Source of the DNA: Candidatus Shapirobacteria bacterium
GTDB taxonomy: Bacteria; Patescibacteriota; Microgenomatia; UBA12405
Direction: 5' to 3'
Length of the DNA stretch: 64,000 nucleotides
NCBI GenBank assembly: GCA_041659325.1
Contig: JBAZYN010000002.1
Span: 206,082-270,081 of the forward strand
A program made the position numbers and the translations under genes. The notes beneath the pieces were generated by a model. That model was given only the letters and a program-made list of their open reading frames with translations. It was not told where the DNA came from and made no database searches. Shown one piece after another: positions 9,297-19,113 of this stretch. Numbering within the stretch: position 1 is the stretch's first letter; each line of letters starts with the position of its first letter.

Positions 9297-10733
9297 TTAA
9301 TGGCAGTTGGCGGTAGCACTGGTCGAGATAATGCAAGTTGCTTTGTTGCCACCGCCGGTGACTGCTTTACAGGTACCGCAAGAGCCGCTATAACTAGCTG
9401 AGCTGCCAATATTAGATTTCACAGTGCAATCGTTGGAACATAGATATGTGCTTGTTCCGCAAGGAGTATTGGCGGCAGTACGACAGGTATACCCGAGGGA
9501 ACCAGAGGTACAGTTGCTGCTTGTCCAATAACATTTGGCACTGGTGCTGTAGTAATAACCATATACGTTTTCCCTTTCAAGAGTATTACTGCAGTTATAA
9601 TCCCATGGAGAGCTGGCCCCGACGCAGGCGGTACTGGCAGCGTAATAAGCGGTGACGCCGGTATTGAAGCTTTTGCCAACTCCAACAACATCACAACAAT
9701 CATCGCCGGAGGCGACATATCCGCCCGGGGCGGCACCGCAGCTGCCGACACTGGACGTACCAACACCATAACCATCGGTATCAGCGTCACGGTAGAAGGT
9801 GGTACAACCAGCACCGGAGGTACAGTTGCCATCGGTAGCAATACAGGCAGAGGTAATATATTTGCTACTGCCGACACTGACGGCGCTGGAACCGGCGCCG
9901 GTATTATCGGACCTGGTACTTCCAGTCCCGCTACAGGCACGATAATAAATGGTGCCGGAACAGGTGTAATCGGTGCAGCTATAACCGGTACCGGCACTGG
10001 TACCGATGTCGGGGATAATATCTACGGCGGTAGTACCGGCTGATTTACATACATAGCCATCGGCGACGTTGATAGTGCCGTTGGCGGTATCGCAGGCACC
10101 GGCATTGTCGCAGTTGCCACTGGGACCGGTGCGGATACATTTGTCGGCGGAACAGGTGGTGTAGGTGGCGGCACATTCGGTAAATAAATCTTCTGCGGCG
10201 GATTGGTTGGCGACGGCGCCGGTGACACATTTGTTGCAGGTGCCGGCGGGATTGGCCCCGGAAGGACAGGAGGTATTTGGGTCGGAATCGATAGTATCTG
10301 GATAGGAGATGCCGATTTTTGGAGTGACATTGGCCGGAGGGGTGAGGGCGACGACAGGGAGGGTGGAACCCGGATAGCCATCGTTGTCGGTATCGGATAG
10401 ATAAGGGCGGTATTTAAGGTATATTTTTTTGTCGGCGGAGAGGGTAAGAAAACAGTCGGTACAACCTCTTAGGTCAATGCTACCAACAACCAGGGTGCCG
10501 CCAATAACCAGGCTAGTATTGGTGCCGGTTAAGGTAAGAGTGGAGGAATTTGCTACCCCCTGAGCCCCATTATCAAGATAAAGGTTGGTGACATTGCAGC
10601 TACTACCATCAGTGGCGCTATAGGAAGTAGTGCCGGAGGTGCAGGCGGCAAAAATTGATGATGAAGAACTAAAAAAATAAACATTAATAATAATTAGTAT
10701 TGCAACGATGGATTTAGCGCATGGGGAAGTCAT
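9297..10733 (-). CDS. secreted Cys-rich protein with DTDGYG domain (paralogous to pilin C-terminal domain)
   Basis: Signal/TM MTSPCAKSIVAILIIINVYFF. YRDADTDGYGVG...DDCCDVVGVGKSFNTGVTAYY...WDYNCSN aligns with the C-terminus of the 4568-5884 product. Confidence 0.5.
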   Translation of the reverse strand: MTSPCAKSIVAILIIINVYFFSSSSSIFAACTSGTTSYSATDGSSCNVTNLYLDNGAQGVANSSTLTLTGTNTSLVIGGTLVVGSIDLRGCTDCFLTLSADKKIYLKYRPYLSDTDNDGYPGSTLPVVALTPPANVTPKIGISYPDTIDSDPNTSCPSGANPAGTCNKCVTGAVANQSAAEDLFTECAATYTTCSADKCIRTGPSGNCDNAGACDTANGTINVADGYVCKSAGTTAVDIIPDIGTSAGTGYSCTDYTCSGTIYYRACSGTGSTRSDNTGAGSSAVSVGSSKYITSACIATDGNCTSGAGCTTFYRDADTDGYGVGTSSVGSCGAAPGGYVASGDDCCDVVGVGKSFNTGVTAYYAASTACVGASSPWDYNCSNTLERENVYGYYYSTSAKCYWTSSNCTSGSLGYTCRTAANTPCGTSTYLCSNDCTVKSNIGSSASYSGSCGTCKAVTGGGNKATCIISTSATANCH

Positions 10734-11283
10734 ATTTTAGAAGTTGGTTTTGGCTGTCGAGAGCCTGGAAAACCATATAATAAGTATAATCGTAAGAATC
10801 AGTGATGATGGAATCACCCTGCCAAGTACCATCGGTTGGGGTGCCGGAGATGAGTTTTAGGTTTATGGCAGCTGTTTGCGTGGTGTCAGTGGTAAGTTCG
10901 TAAAAGGCTTTGGTAATGGGAAGGGCACTTTTTAGTTTGATAGTGACAGTTTGGCGACCGGCAATTTGGGGATCGTAGGGATCGATGGTTAGGTGATAGG
11001 GAATGGGACCGGTTTTTTTGGTACTTTGAACGGTAAATTCCTGATATCCGCGAAGGGTCGGTTTTGATGGTTTAAGGGTGGGGGTAGCTTTTGTTGGAGA
11101 AATTGAGGTATTTTGGGAATTATTTTTAAAGATGAGAGGAGTTTTTTTTCTGGACTTGAGATTGAGATTGTAGTAAAAGATGCCAAAAATCAGAAAGATG
11201 AGAAATACACAAATCAGGATAAGGAAAATAAGCTCGGTGTCTTTGGCGAGATAGTGACTATTTTGATGAGGTTGGTCAATCAT
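10714..11283 (-). CDS. hypothetical single-pass membrane protein
   Basis: N-terminal TM (ELIFLILICVFLIFLIFGIFYY). No recognisable domain. Confidence 0.35.
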   Translation of the reverse strand: MIDQPHQNSHYLAKDTELIFLILICVFLIFLIFGIFYYNLNLKSRKKTPLIFKNNSQNTSISPTKATPTLKPSKPTLRGYQEFTVQSTKKTGPIPYHLTIDPYDPQIAGRQTVTIKLKSALPITKAFYELTTDTTQTAAINLKLISGTPTDGTWQGDSIITDSYDYTYYMVFQALDSQNQLLKYDFPMR

Positions 11284-11358
11284 GTCGGTTGGCGGTGATT
11301 AAGTATTATTATTTGTGAGATTAATGTCAAGCGGGGTGGGTGGGGTGTATGCAGATAC

Positions 11359-14300
11359 CTAATTTATAATCCACCAGTTGACATCAATGTCTTTGTCGAG
11401 CTCTTGGTCGAGGCCAATAGTAAATGAGTCGGCTGATTTTGATTTTAGATAGATAACCTGGTTTCTGGTTGAACCAACCGGAGTCAGATAGACCATGGAG
11501 TTTGGAGTCAATTTGTTGTTGACGATGGTAAGCTCGGTTTTCCCGGCGGGGAGGGTGAGAGTGCCGGCGGCGGCATTGGAACTGATTTGGGCAGAGGAGG
11601 AGGCTTGAGGGGAAGCGGAGTCGGCTGCTATTATGGTAGCGCTTTCGGTGGCGATGCTGATTTTTTGGGTATCGATTTCTTTAGCGGTTAATTTTCCACT
11701 TATGCTGGCGTCTTGAGTGGCTAACATATTGGCAATTAATGACCCAGAGACAGTAGCATCTTTAGTAGTAATATTACCGGTGGCGGTGATGTTGCCACCA
11801 ACATTAAGTTGGCCGTTTACAGTGACTTCACCGGTATCAGAAATAACTAAAGTGTCTGCCAGAATGTGAACCGAGCCAATACCAGAGTGTTGAAGATAGA
11901 GAGCGGTATTGGCGGTGTCGATGTAGTTATCTTTGATAATGACATCACCGACGGAAAGAGTGCCGGTGATGAAAGCATTGGCTAATTGAGAATCACCATT
12001 GATGGCTAGTTTACCGCCGACGACTAAGTTGTCAGTTAGAGTCAGGCTGCCGGTTAACTTGGCAGAGTCGGAAGCAATATCGGTAATCCATTCTTTTGAC
12101 TCGGCTAAAAGCGGGGAAGGAGTAGCCTCAGGGGGGGCGGTGATTAATTTTTGGATTTCGGCTCTAAGAGAGGAGATTTTTTCGGTCATGAGGTCGCCAA
12201 AGGAGCCTTCGCGACCGACGATACTGTCGGCATAAAGAGTGCCGGTGATGGTGGCGTCTTTGACTTCCAGGTTGTCCGTCTTGATATTTTTGGAAATCAG
12301 AGAATCTATATAGCCGGTTTTGACTTCGATATTTTCGGTAGTGATGTTTAGTGCTTCTAAATCATCTACCTGAACCAGGGGAGAAACAATTTTGTCCCGG
12401 ATGGTGAGGTTGTCGGTGACAATGTCTTTGGCGGTGATGGCGCCGGTTTTGAGGTTGGCAATGGTGGCAGAGAAGAAATTGCCGATTTCTTTGACGACAT
12501 TGTTTTGAGAATCAGTGAGAGTATAAATACCATCGCCATTTAGGGATAGGTTGTGCTGATAGTCGGCGGGGTTGAGTGAGGTTTGGATATCGAGATTGTC
12601 AATTTCATCGGGAGAGTCGATGATATAGCCAACCTCATCGGATTGGCGGGTGTTGTCTTGGTCGACAAAATCCCATCTGGGGGCGGTAAAACGGTAGGAA
12701 ATTTTGGATGGGGAGGAAGAATAGATATAAATAGTTTTGTTGGCTTCATCAAGTTCGTACCAAACTTTAGAGCTGTCGGAAGGAGTTAAGAGAACGGTTA
12801 GCCGGCTGATATTTTCGGCCATGTTGGTGGTTTTGCTGAATAGCCAGAGGTCAGAGCCGACGGGCTGAGAGGTTAGTTTAAAACCACCCCGATAGCCGAC
12901 TTGCGGAACATATTGAGAGGTGTTGATGCTGCCGACAACTTCTTCTTTTTGACCGGGCATGGCCGTTAACCAGGTGGCATATTTTGAGCCATTGATAGTG
13001 TAGGGAGGATCGATAAGACCAACGGTGATTTTACCGGCGCCGTCCTGAACTATTAAGGTGCCGCCGACATTAAGAGTACTGTTGACGGTAAGGGAACTAC
13101 CAATGGTGACGTTTCCGGTCATACCGATATTGCCATTGGTGCTCAAAAAAATTGCACTCCTGTCCCAAACAACAGCGTTTGCGGTGCTGCCAACGCCGGT
13201 ATTGCCAACGTTTAAAAGAAGGCCGCCGGCAGCACCACCAATACTTTCAATCTTGGCGGCGGGATCGGAACTGCTGTGTTTCCAACCACCGCTATAAAAG
13301 GCCCCAAATTTGATAGACCCAAGGTTAGCTAAAGAGAGTGAGGAACTGTTGGCGTCGGCATTGTTTAAGTCCAGATAAAACATTGGGTACTCAGAGGCAG
13401 TAGAGTCATAATATTTTGGGGCGGACAAGATACCGGCGGTTCCGACGGTGAGGTTGCCGGTAATACCGATGCCGCCGGCAAAAATGTTGGTTCCCGTTCC
13501 ACTAATGTTTATGGTTCCATCTAAGGTAAGGTCTCCGGCCGCAGTTAGGTTTAAAACTTCATTAAATTGGGTAGAATAGTCGCTCGAAACTTTGAGAACG
13601 CTGGTTGCGCCGGTAGTGGTTGTGGTGTAAAAGCGGAAATCTTTGTCGATTAAGGTGTCGAAATGTAAAGCACTGGCACTTTGATATATCTGAGCATAAC
13701 CGGTGCTTTCATAGTTCTGAAGCTTTAAGAATTTATTAGAGTTGGCCGCACCAGTGAGGTGCACCAGTCCGCCGTAGATGTCTAATTTTGCCGTAGGATT
13801 GGTGGTGCCAATCCCCACATAACCGGTGTTGGTAATGGTTAGAGCCTGAGTATTGTTATTTATACCCAAGAAAGAGAGACCAGAGGAAGCGGCACTAATG
13901 TTGATATTGGTAAAGCCGGTATCGGTTAAGGTGCCTCCGAGACCAAGAATATTGCCGGTTAAATGGAGACCATTATCAGCCGCATAAGTAGTACCAGTAC
14001 TGGTATTGGTAATGGTAATAGAGGTACCGACCTGAGAAATACTGATACCAACTCCATTGATAAAGTTAACCTGAGAGAGAGAAGTAACGGGAGTAGTGTC
14101 ACCACTGTTGGTTTGGAGTCCCCAGTTTCGATAGTTATCATAAGTACCGGAATCAAAAGCCATACTCCCGAGGACTCTTCTGGTAACGACATTGGTAGTG
14201 GGATCAATGAAGAGAGCGGTAGTACCGGAACCGACAACAGTAGAAGCAGATAAAGTCAGAGTCCCACCTATACCGACATTACCGACAGTGGAGAGAGAAG

Positions 14301-17300
14301 TACCAATCCGTAAGTTACCAAAGGTAACCATGGCAGCAGTATCAATGTTCTGGGGTAAGGAGAGACCAATGGCACCGGTATTGGCAGAGACACTGATCTG
14401 ATTGGCAGTACCGGTTAACCAGGTAACACCAGTATTGATAATCTTGTTACCGTTGAGACCTAACCCGGAACCATAATCAACCGAGAGGACATTGTCAGAT
14501 GAGAGAGTCAGACCGACACCAGCGGCATAAGTGGTACCAATACCATCGATCCATTGAAGGCCTGTTTGGGTGGATGATAAGATTTGACCGGTAGTACCGG
14601 TAGAACCAGAAGCAAGAATAGTACCGGTAAGGTTGAGGCTACCGGTTAAGCTAACATCTCCGGCAGAGTAAATACCGCCAAACCCGACATTTAGGCCGTT
14701 TCTAACATAGAGATTATTACCGATATTGGCATTTTCAGAAGTATTTAGGTTGTTGGTAAGGATATTGCCGGCATTGATAGCGGGAGTATCTATACCGTTG
14801 ATATCGATAATTTCAATACCGGAAGTACCGTCGGCGATATAGGCATATTTTCCATGGACATAAGCTTTGTAAGCATTGCCGGGGGTGTCATAGGTAGTTA
14901 CCAGAGAAGGCGAAGCGGGATTGCTAATATCGATTATGTGCAGACCGGAGGTGCCGTCGGCAACATAAGCGTAACGGCCGGCAATAAAGACACCGTTGGC
15001 ATTTCCTGCAGTGTTATATGAGCCAACTTGAGCGGGGGAGGTGTTGTTTGAGATATCTACAACGAGTAATCCACTAGTGTTGGCGGCGATGTAAGCATAT
15101 TTACCATCAGCATAAATGTCTAATGCGGTAACACCGAGGGACAGGGTGCTAACAAGGGATGGAGAGGTGGAATTTGATATATTTAGAATATCCAGACCGG
15201 CGCTGCCGACGGCATAGGCGTAATTGTTTACTACAGAAACTCCGTTATATAGCCCCGGGTTGGTCACATATTCTCCCGTTTCGATGGGGCGGGCGGGGTT
15301 AGTAATATCAACAATTTGGAGGCCTTGCTTATAATCGGCGAGGTAGGCATATTTTCCGGAGATGTAAATATCTTTTGAAACACCTCCGGTTTTAACGGTA
15401 CCGCCGATACTGAGATTTTGAGGATCAGAGATATCGATAATCTGAAGATCAGTGTTTACCCCGTCGGCCAGATAGGCGTATTTTCCGGCGATGGCAATGG
15501 CGTTTGAGGGGAAACCGGCGGTGTTATAATCGTTAGTGATTACCGGGAAAGTGTTGTTGGAAATATCGAGGACAATCATTCCGGTGTAAGTGGAAACATA
15601 AGCATATTGGCCGGAAACGACGATATCATAGGCAGTTTCGCCGATAGAGAAGGTGGAGAGCGCTTCCGGAACACCGGAGATAGTTTGAAGGAAATTACCT
15701 CCGGAGAGAGTTAGTTTTGCACCCGGATTGGTTGTCCCTATCCCCACATACCCATTTTCTCTAATGGTCAGAGCCTGAGTATTGCTATTAACACCTAAGA
15801 TTGAGAGACCGGAGGAGCCACTACCAATGTTGATATTGGTAAAGCCAGCCTGATCAAGTGTGCCCCCCAGACCAATGGCATTAGTGTAGTTGGTTAAACC
15901 ATTAGAGAGAGTAAAGGCTCCGGTATTGGAATTAATACTTAAGACACCGGTATTGGTAATGGTTCTACCAATACCGGAACCGGAAAGAAGAATACCGGAA
16001 CCACCAGTCAGAGTAGTAATGAAGTCACCAGTGGAACCGATACCGACAAAAGAAGCAGCATGAAGACCATCGAGAACATCAGCATTAAGATTGGTAACCA
16101 GATTGGTACTCCCGACACTGACAAAGGTACCACCGACAGTCAGATTGGTAAGAGTGGCACTACCACTAACACCAATCCCACCATTAAAGGTCTGATAACC
16201 AGTCCAGACATTACTGGAACCAAGGTTAAGCTGGAAGTCAGCACCGGAGAGAGTGATACCATTACTGGCGGTATAGACAGTACCGGCCGGTAAAGCACCT
16301 TTGGTGATAATACCGGAACTGTCAATGTAGAGAACAGTACTGCCAACAGCAACATTGGTACCGGTGAGAGATAGAGTCCCACCGATACCGACATTACCGG
16401 AAACACCTAACCCGGAAGTGAAGTAACCATCGCCGACCACATGTAATTTGAAAAGAGGATCAGTGGTACCGATGCCGACGTCACCATTGCTATCTATTCT
16501 GATTCTGTAGTTTTCTCCTTGTTTAAGATCTATAACACCATAGCTTCCACTGGTAATATTACCTGTTCCTAATGTTAGAGCACCTGAATTACCAGAAGAT
16601 GATCCACCAGCGCCAGTAATAAGATTTACGTATCCGCCGTTGGCAGCAGAACCGGCTCGACCTGCTGTTATGGAAATGTGACCACCATTGCCGGCAGAAT
16701 AATCGACAGCACCGGCGAGGAGTTCGATATTTCCAATATCGCTTCTGCTCCCCCAGGCACCTGTGTTTTGGCCGTAAATATAGACATTACCACCAATAGT
16801 ATTACCGGTGTATGTTTGTTTACCGACATAGACATCTCCTCCATACCCAGCGCCACTTGTGTCGTATTGTCCTCCCTCCAGATAAATATTCCCGCCACGG
16901 AAGCCACTACCCCCTCCACGGGTTCCACCTCTGATATAAACCTCTCCTCCGTTGGCATTGCTAATTCCTGCACCACCAATAATATAGGCATCTCCGGCAT
17001 TGTTACCATCACTTTTCCCCCTCATGGTGACATCACCTGTTGACAGTGTATTTATGGACAGTTGTATTGTCCCGGCAGGATTAACTACTTCGAGTTTGTT
17101 GGTTGGAGCGGTGGTGCCAATGCCGACGTTACCACTAGAAGCGATATACAGACTTTGACTATTCCCCAGACCTAAAAATGACAAAGAGAAGGAAGAAGTA
17201 CCGATATTAGTATTTTGATCAAGAGTGCCACCTAGACCAATTCCGGTATTGCCAATAGCCTGGAGACCATTGGTGGCCATGTTAAAGAAACCGGTGCCAC

Positions 17301-19113
17301 CGATCTGGAGAAAACCAGCAGAAGAGATACCATCAAGATAATCAGCAGAAAGATTGGTAACAGTATTGGTGCTACCAACAGAGACAAAGGTACCACCGAC
17401 AGTCAAATTAGTGAGAGTGGTACTACCACTGACACCAATCCCACCATTAAAGGTCTGATAACCAGTCCAGACATTACTGGAACCAAGGTTAAGACGAAAA
17501 TCGTTTCCCGAAAGAGTGATCCCGGTGCTAGCGGTGTAGGCAACACCTTCAGGCAGGTCGATCCAGGTAGGAGTGTCGGCGCCATTGCTAGCAAGGATTT
17601 GGCCGGAGTTACCCACAGACGAATTGGCTAGTTTTGTACCATTTCCATAGATGATTGATCCATTGGTGGCGGCTAAGTTATCGAGTAAATTTAGTTGGGT
17701 AGCGGTGGCTGAGATGAGAGTGTTGCCGATTGATATATTGGTAGAACTGAGGGTAGCGCCAACATAGACATTTCCGGCGGCAGTAACTTCAAAGCGGGTA
17801 TGAAGCTCAGACGTGTCGCCGAGGCCGGTATTGTAATTTTGAAATTGAAGAAAGTTGTAGCCCCGAAGTTGGTTGCCCACCTGGCCACTGAATAAGTTTC
17901 CGGTGGCTAAATTGGCGTTGGTGGCATCGATGAAGCCGCCGATACCGGCAGGAGGAGTGGTGCCTTCTGTTAAAAATTGAATCACTCCGGCCCCATCGGG
18001 GTTGATGGTAATGTCGCCACCGCTGCCGTCGGTGGCCTTGATCAATACCCCCTGACCCTCGATGCCAAGTGAGCCGTTGGTGGCTTTGATAGTGGGGACA
18101 TAGGCGCCACTATCGCCAAGATTTAGGTTGCCCTGTTCGTCGAGGACGACCACGTTGTTGCGATAGGCGACACCGGAGGGACCAATGCCTAATCCCTGAA
18201 GTGTTTCTGAGTTTAAGGCGTAGGCGACAGTGGCGATTTGCTGACGGGGATCCATGACCTCATCGTCGGCGGTGATTTCTAGCCAAACGGCAGTGTGTTC
18301 AGAAAAAACGCTAGAGGGAATTTCTAAACCATGAGTTTTACCTATAATTACGGAAAATATACCGTTGGTATCGGGAGTAACTACTTGGCTAGCGCCGGTT
18401 TCAGAGGTGTAAAGTGAAGTGCCGACACCCAGGGTGGGGTCGTCAAAGAATTTGAAGACGATGCCAGTTTCGGAGCTAATCGGGTTGCCATCCTGGTCGG
18501 TTAGACGACCCTGAAAGGAAAATTGACGGGTGGGACTTTTGGGAGCGTTGGCGGTGGAATAGGCAAGTTGCCTTTTGGCTTTGAGAATGGTTTGTGAGTA
18601 GAGCCCATAGCCGAGGCCGGAGAGGATGATAAGAATTATGGAGACGAGAAGGTATTGGTTAAAAAGAGAAAAGCCTGGTCGTTTTACACCTGGTAAGGGA
18701 GTGGGTGGGTTAAGTAGGTTTTTGATATACTTTCTTATATTTGATTGAGGCGTGTTTTGAGATTTTAGGTAGTATTTGAAGCTCTCGACAAGCTTGGTTG
18801 GAGAAGGTCTCTGGTGTTTTTTTAGGGCGGACTTGAAAAAGTTTGAAGTAATCAGTTTTTGATCAAGGGCGAATTGGCAGAACTTGTTTAAGGATGCCAG
18901 GCGTCTGGCGGAATTGTTTTGAGTGGAAAGATAGGAGACGTATTGGCCAAAGGCAGCTTTGGAAAATATGTTGACAACTCTCTCCTCGGTGTAGGCGATA
19001 AATTTCCTGGTATCGACTAGATAATTACGAATCGTATTGGGATTGTAACTGCGCTTTTCAAGCCAGGAATGGAAGCTATTGAGCACAAGCTCAATATTTT
19101 GTCGATCACCCAT
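11359..19113 (-). CDS. giant (2584 aa) membrane-anchored surface protein: N-terminal integrase-SAM-like cytoplasmic domain, TM, Gly-rich beta-helix-like repeats, GIGTTNPxxKL repeats, LVIVD beta-propeller repeats, C-terminal WWIIN domain
   Basis: N-terminus IELVLNSFHSWLEKRSYNPNTIRNYLVDTRKFIAY. TM LLVSIILIILSGLGYGLY. LVIVD repeats (GLQIVDITNPARP, GLHIIDISNPASP, GIEIIDINGIDTP). VGIGTT(N/A/D)P motifs x5. C-terminus ...SFTIGLDQELDKDIDVNWWIIN. Confidence 0.7.
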   Translation of the reverse strand: MGDRQNIELVLNSFHSWLEKRSYNPNTIRNYLVDTRKFIAYTEERVVNIFSKAAFGQYVSYLSTQNNSARRLASLNKFCQFALDQKLITSNFFKSALKKHQRPSPTKLVESFKYYLKSQNTPQSNIRKYIKNLLNPPTPLPGVKRPGFSLFNQYLLVSIILIILSGLGYGLYSQTILKAKRQLAYSTANAPKSPTRQFSFQGRLTDQDGNPISSETGIVFKFFDDPTLGVGTSLYTSETGASQVVTPDTNGIFSVIIGKTHGLEIPSSVFSEHTAVWLEITADDEVMDPRQQIATVAYALNSETLQGLGIGPSGVAYRNNVVVLDEQGNLNLGDSGAYVPTIKATNGSLGIEGQGVLIKATDGSGGDITINPDGAGVIQFLTEGTTPPAGIGGFIDATNANLATGNLFSGQVGNQLRGYNFLQFQNYNTGLGDTSELHTRFEVTAAGNVYVGATLSSTNISIGNTLISATATQLNLLDNLAATNGSIIYGNGTKLANSSVGNSGQILASNGADTPTWIDLPEGVAYTASTGITLSGNDFRLNLGSSNVWTGYQTFNGGIGVSGSTTLTNLTVGGTFVSVGSTNTVTNLSADYLDGISSAGFLQIGGTGFFNMATNGLQAIGNTGIGLGGTLDQNTNIGTSSFSLSFLGLGNSQSLYIASSGNVGIGTTAPTNKLEVVNPAGTIQLSINTLSTGDVTMRGKSDGNNAGDAYIIGGAGISNANGGEVYIRGGTRGGGSGFRGGNIYLEGGQYDTSGAGYGGDVYVGKQTYTGNTIGGNVYIYGQNTGAWGSRSDIGNIELLAGAVDYSAGNGGHISITAGRAGSAANGGYVNLITGAGGSSSGNSGALTLGTGNITSGSYGVIDLKQGENYRIRIDSNGDVGIGTTDPLFKLHVVGDGYFTSGLGVSGNVGIGGTLSLTGTNVAVGSTVLYIDSSGIITKGALPAGTVYTASNGITLSGADFQLNLGSSNVWTGYQTFNGGIGVSGSATLTNLTVGGTFVSVGSTNLVTNLNADVLDGLHAASFVGIGSTGDFITTLTGGSGILLSGSGIGRTITNTGVLSINSNTGAFTLSNGLTNYTNAIGLGGTLDQAGFTNINIGSGSSGLSILGVNSNTQALTIRENGYVGIGTTNPGAKLTLSGGNFLQTISGVPEALSTFSIGETAYDIVVSGQYAYVSTYTGMIVLDISNNTFPVITNDYNTAGFPSNAIAIAGKYAYLADGVNTDLQIIDISDPQNLSIGGTVKTGGVSKDIYISGKYAYLADYKQGLQIVDITNPARPIETGEYVTNPGLYNGVSVVNNYAYAVGSAGLDILNISNSTSPSLVSTLSLGVTALDIYADGKYAYIAANTSGLLVVDISNNTSPAQVGSYNTAGNANGVFIAGRYAYVADGTSGLHIIDISNPASPSLVTTYDTPGNAYKAYVHGKYAYIADGTSGIEIIDINGIDTPAINAGNILTNNLNTSENANIGNNLYVRNGLNVGFGGIYSAGDVSLTGSLNLTGTILASGSTGTTGQILSSTQTGLQWIDGIGTTYAAGVGLTLSSDNVLSVDYGSGLGLNGNKIINTGVTWLTGTANQISVSANTGAIGLSLPQNIDTAAMVTFGNLRIGTSLSTVGNVGIGGTLTLSASTVVGSGTTALFIDPTTNVVTRRVLGSMAFDSGTYDNYRNWGLQTNSGDTTPVTSLSQVNFINGVGISISQVGTSITITNTSTGTTYAADNGLHLTGNILGLGGTLTDTGFTNINISAASSGLSFLGINNNTQALTITNTGYVGIGTTNPTAKLDIYGGLVHLTGAANSNKFLKLQNYESTGYAQIYQSASALHFDTLIDKDFRFYTTTTTGATSVLKVSSDYSTQFNEVLNLTAAGDLTLDGTINISGTGTNIFAGGIGITGNLTVGTAGILSAPKYYDSTASEYPMFYLDLNNADANSSSLSLANLGSIKFGAFYSGGWKHSSSDPAAKIESIGGAAGGLLLNVGNTGVGSTANAVVWDRSAIFLSTNGNIGMTGNVTIGSSLTVNSTLNVGGTLIVQDGAGKITVGLIDPPYTINGSKYATWLTAMPGQKEEVVGSINTSQYVPQVGYRGGFKLTSQPVGSDLWLFSKTTNMAENISRLTVLLTPSDSSKVWYELDEANKTIYIYSSSPSKISYRFTAPRWDFVDQDNTRQSDEVGYIIDSPDEIDNLDIQTSLNPADYQHNLSLNGDGIYTLTDSQNNVVKEIGNFFSATIANLKTGAITAKDIVTDNLTIRDKIVSPLVQVDDLEALNITTENIEVKTGYIDSLISKNIKTDNLEVKDATITGTLYADSIVGREGSFGDLMTEKISSLRAEIQKLITAPPEATPSPLLAESKEWITDIASDSAKLTGSLTLTDNLVVGGKLAINGDSQLANAFITGTLSVGDVIIKDNYIDTANTALYLQHSGIGSVHILADTLVISDTGEVTVNGQLNVGGNITATGNITTKDATVSGSLIANMLATQDASISGKLTAKEIDTQKISIATESATIIAADSASPQASSSAQISSNAAAGTLTLPAGKTELTIVNNKLTPNSMVYLTPVGSTRNQVIYLKSKSADSFTIGLDQELDKDIDVNWWIIN

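Noticed and set aside
9419-10381. ORFs 9419-9997 (-), 10022-10381 (-), 10045-10230 (-) and 10203-10400 (+) inside the Cys-rich protein gene
   Set aside because: They are alternative-frame or antisense ORFs in a Gly/Thr/Cys-rich gene, with Pro/Ala-rich low-complexity translations. The 478-aa frame with signal peptide and conserved DTDGYG domain is the real gene.
11999-17888. Internal plus- and minus-strand small ORFs within the 2584-aa gene
   Set aside because: Same reasoning: embedded in a continuous 7.7-kb ORF with coherent repeat architecture.
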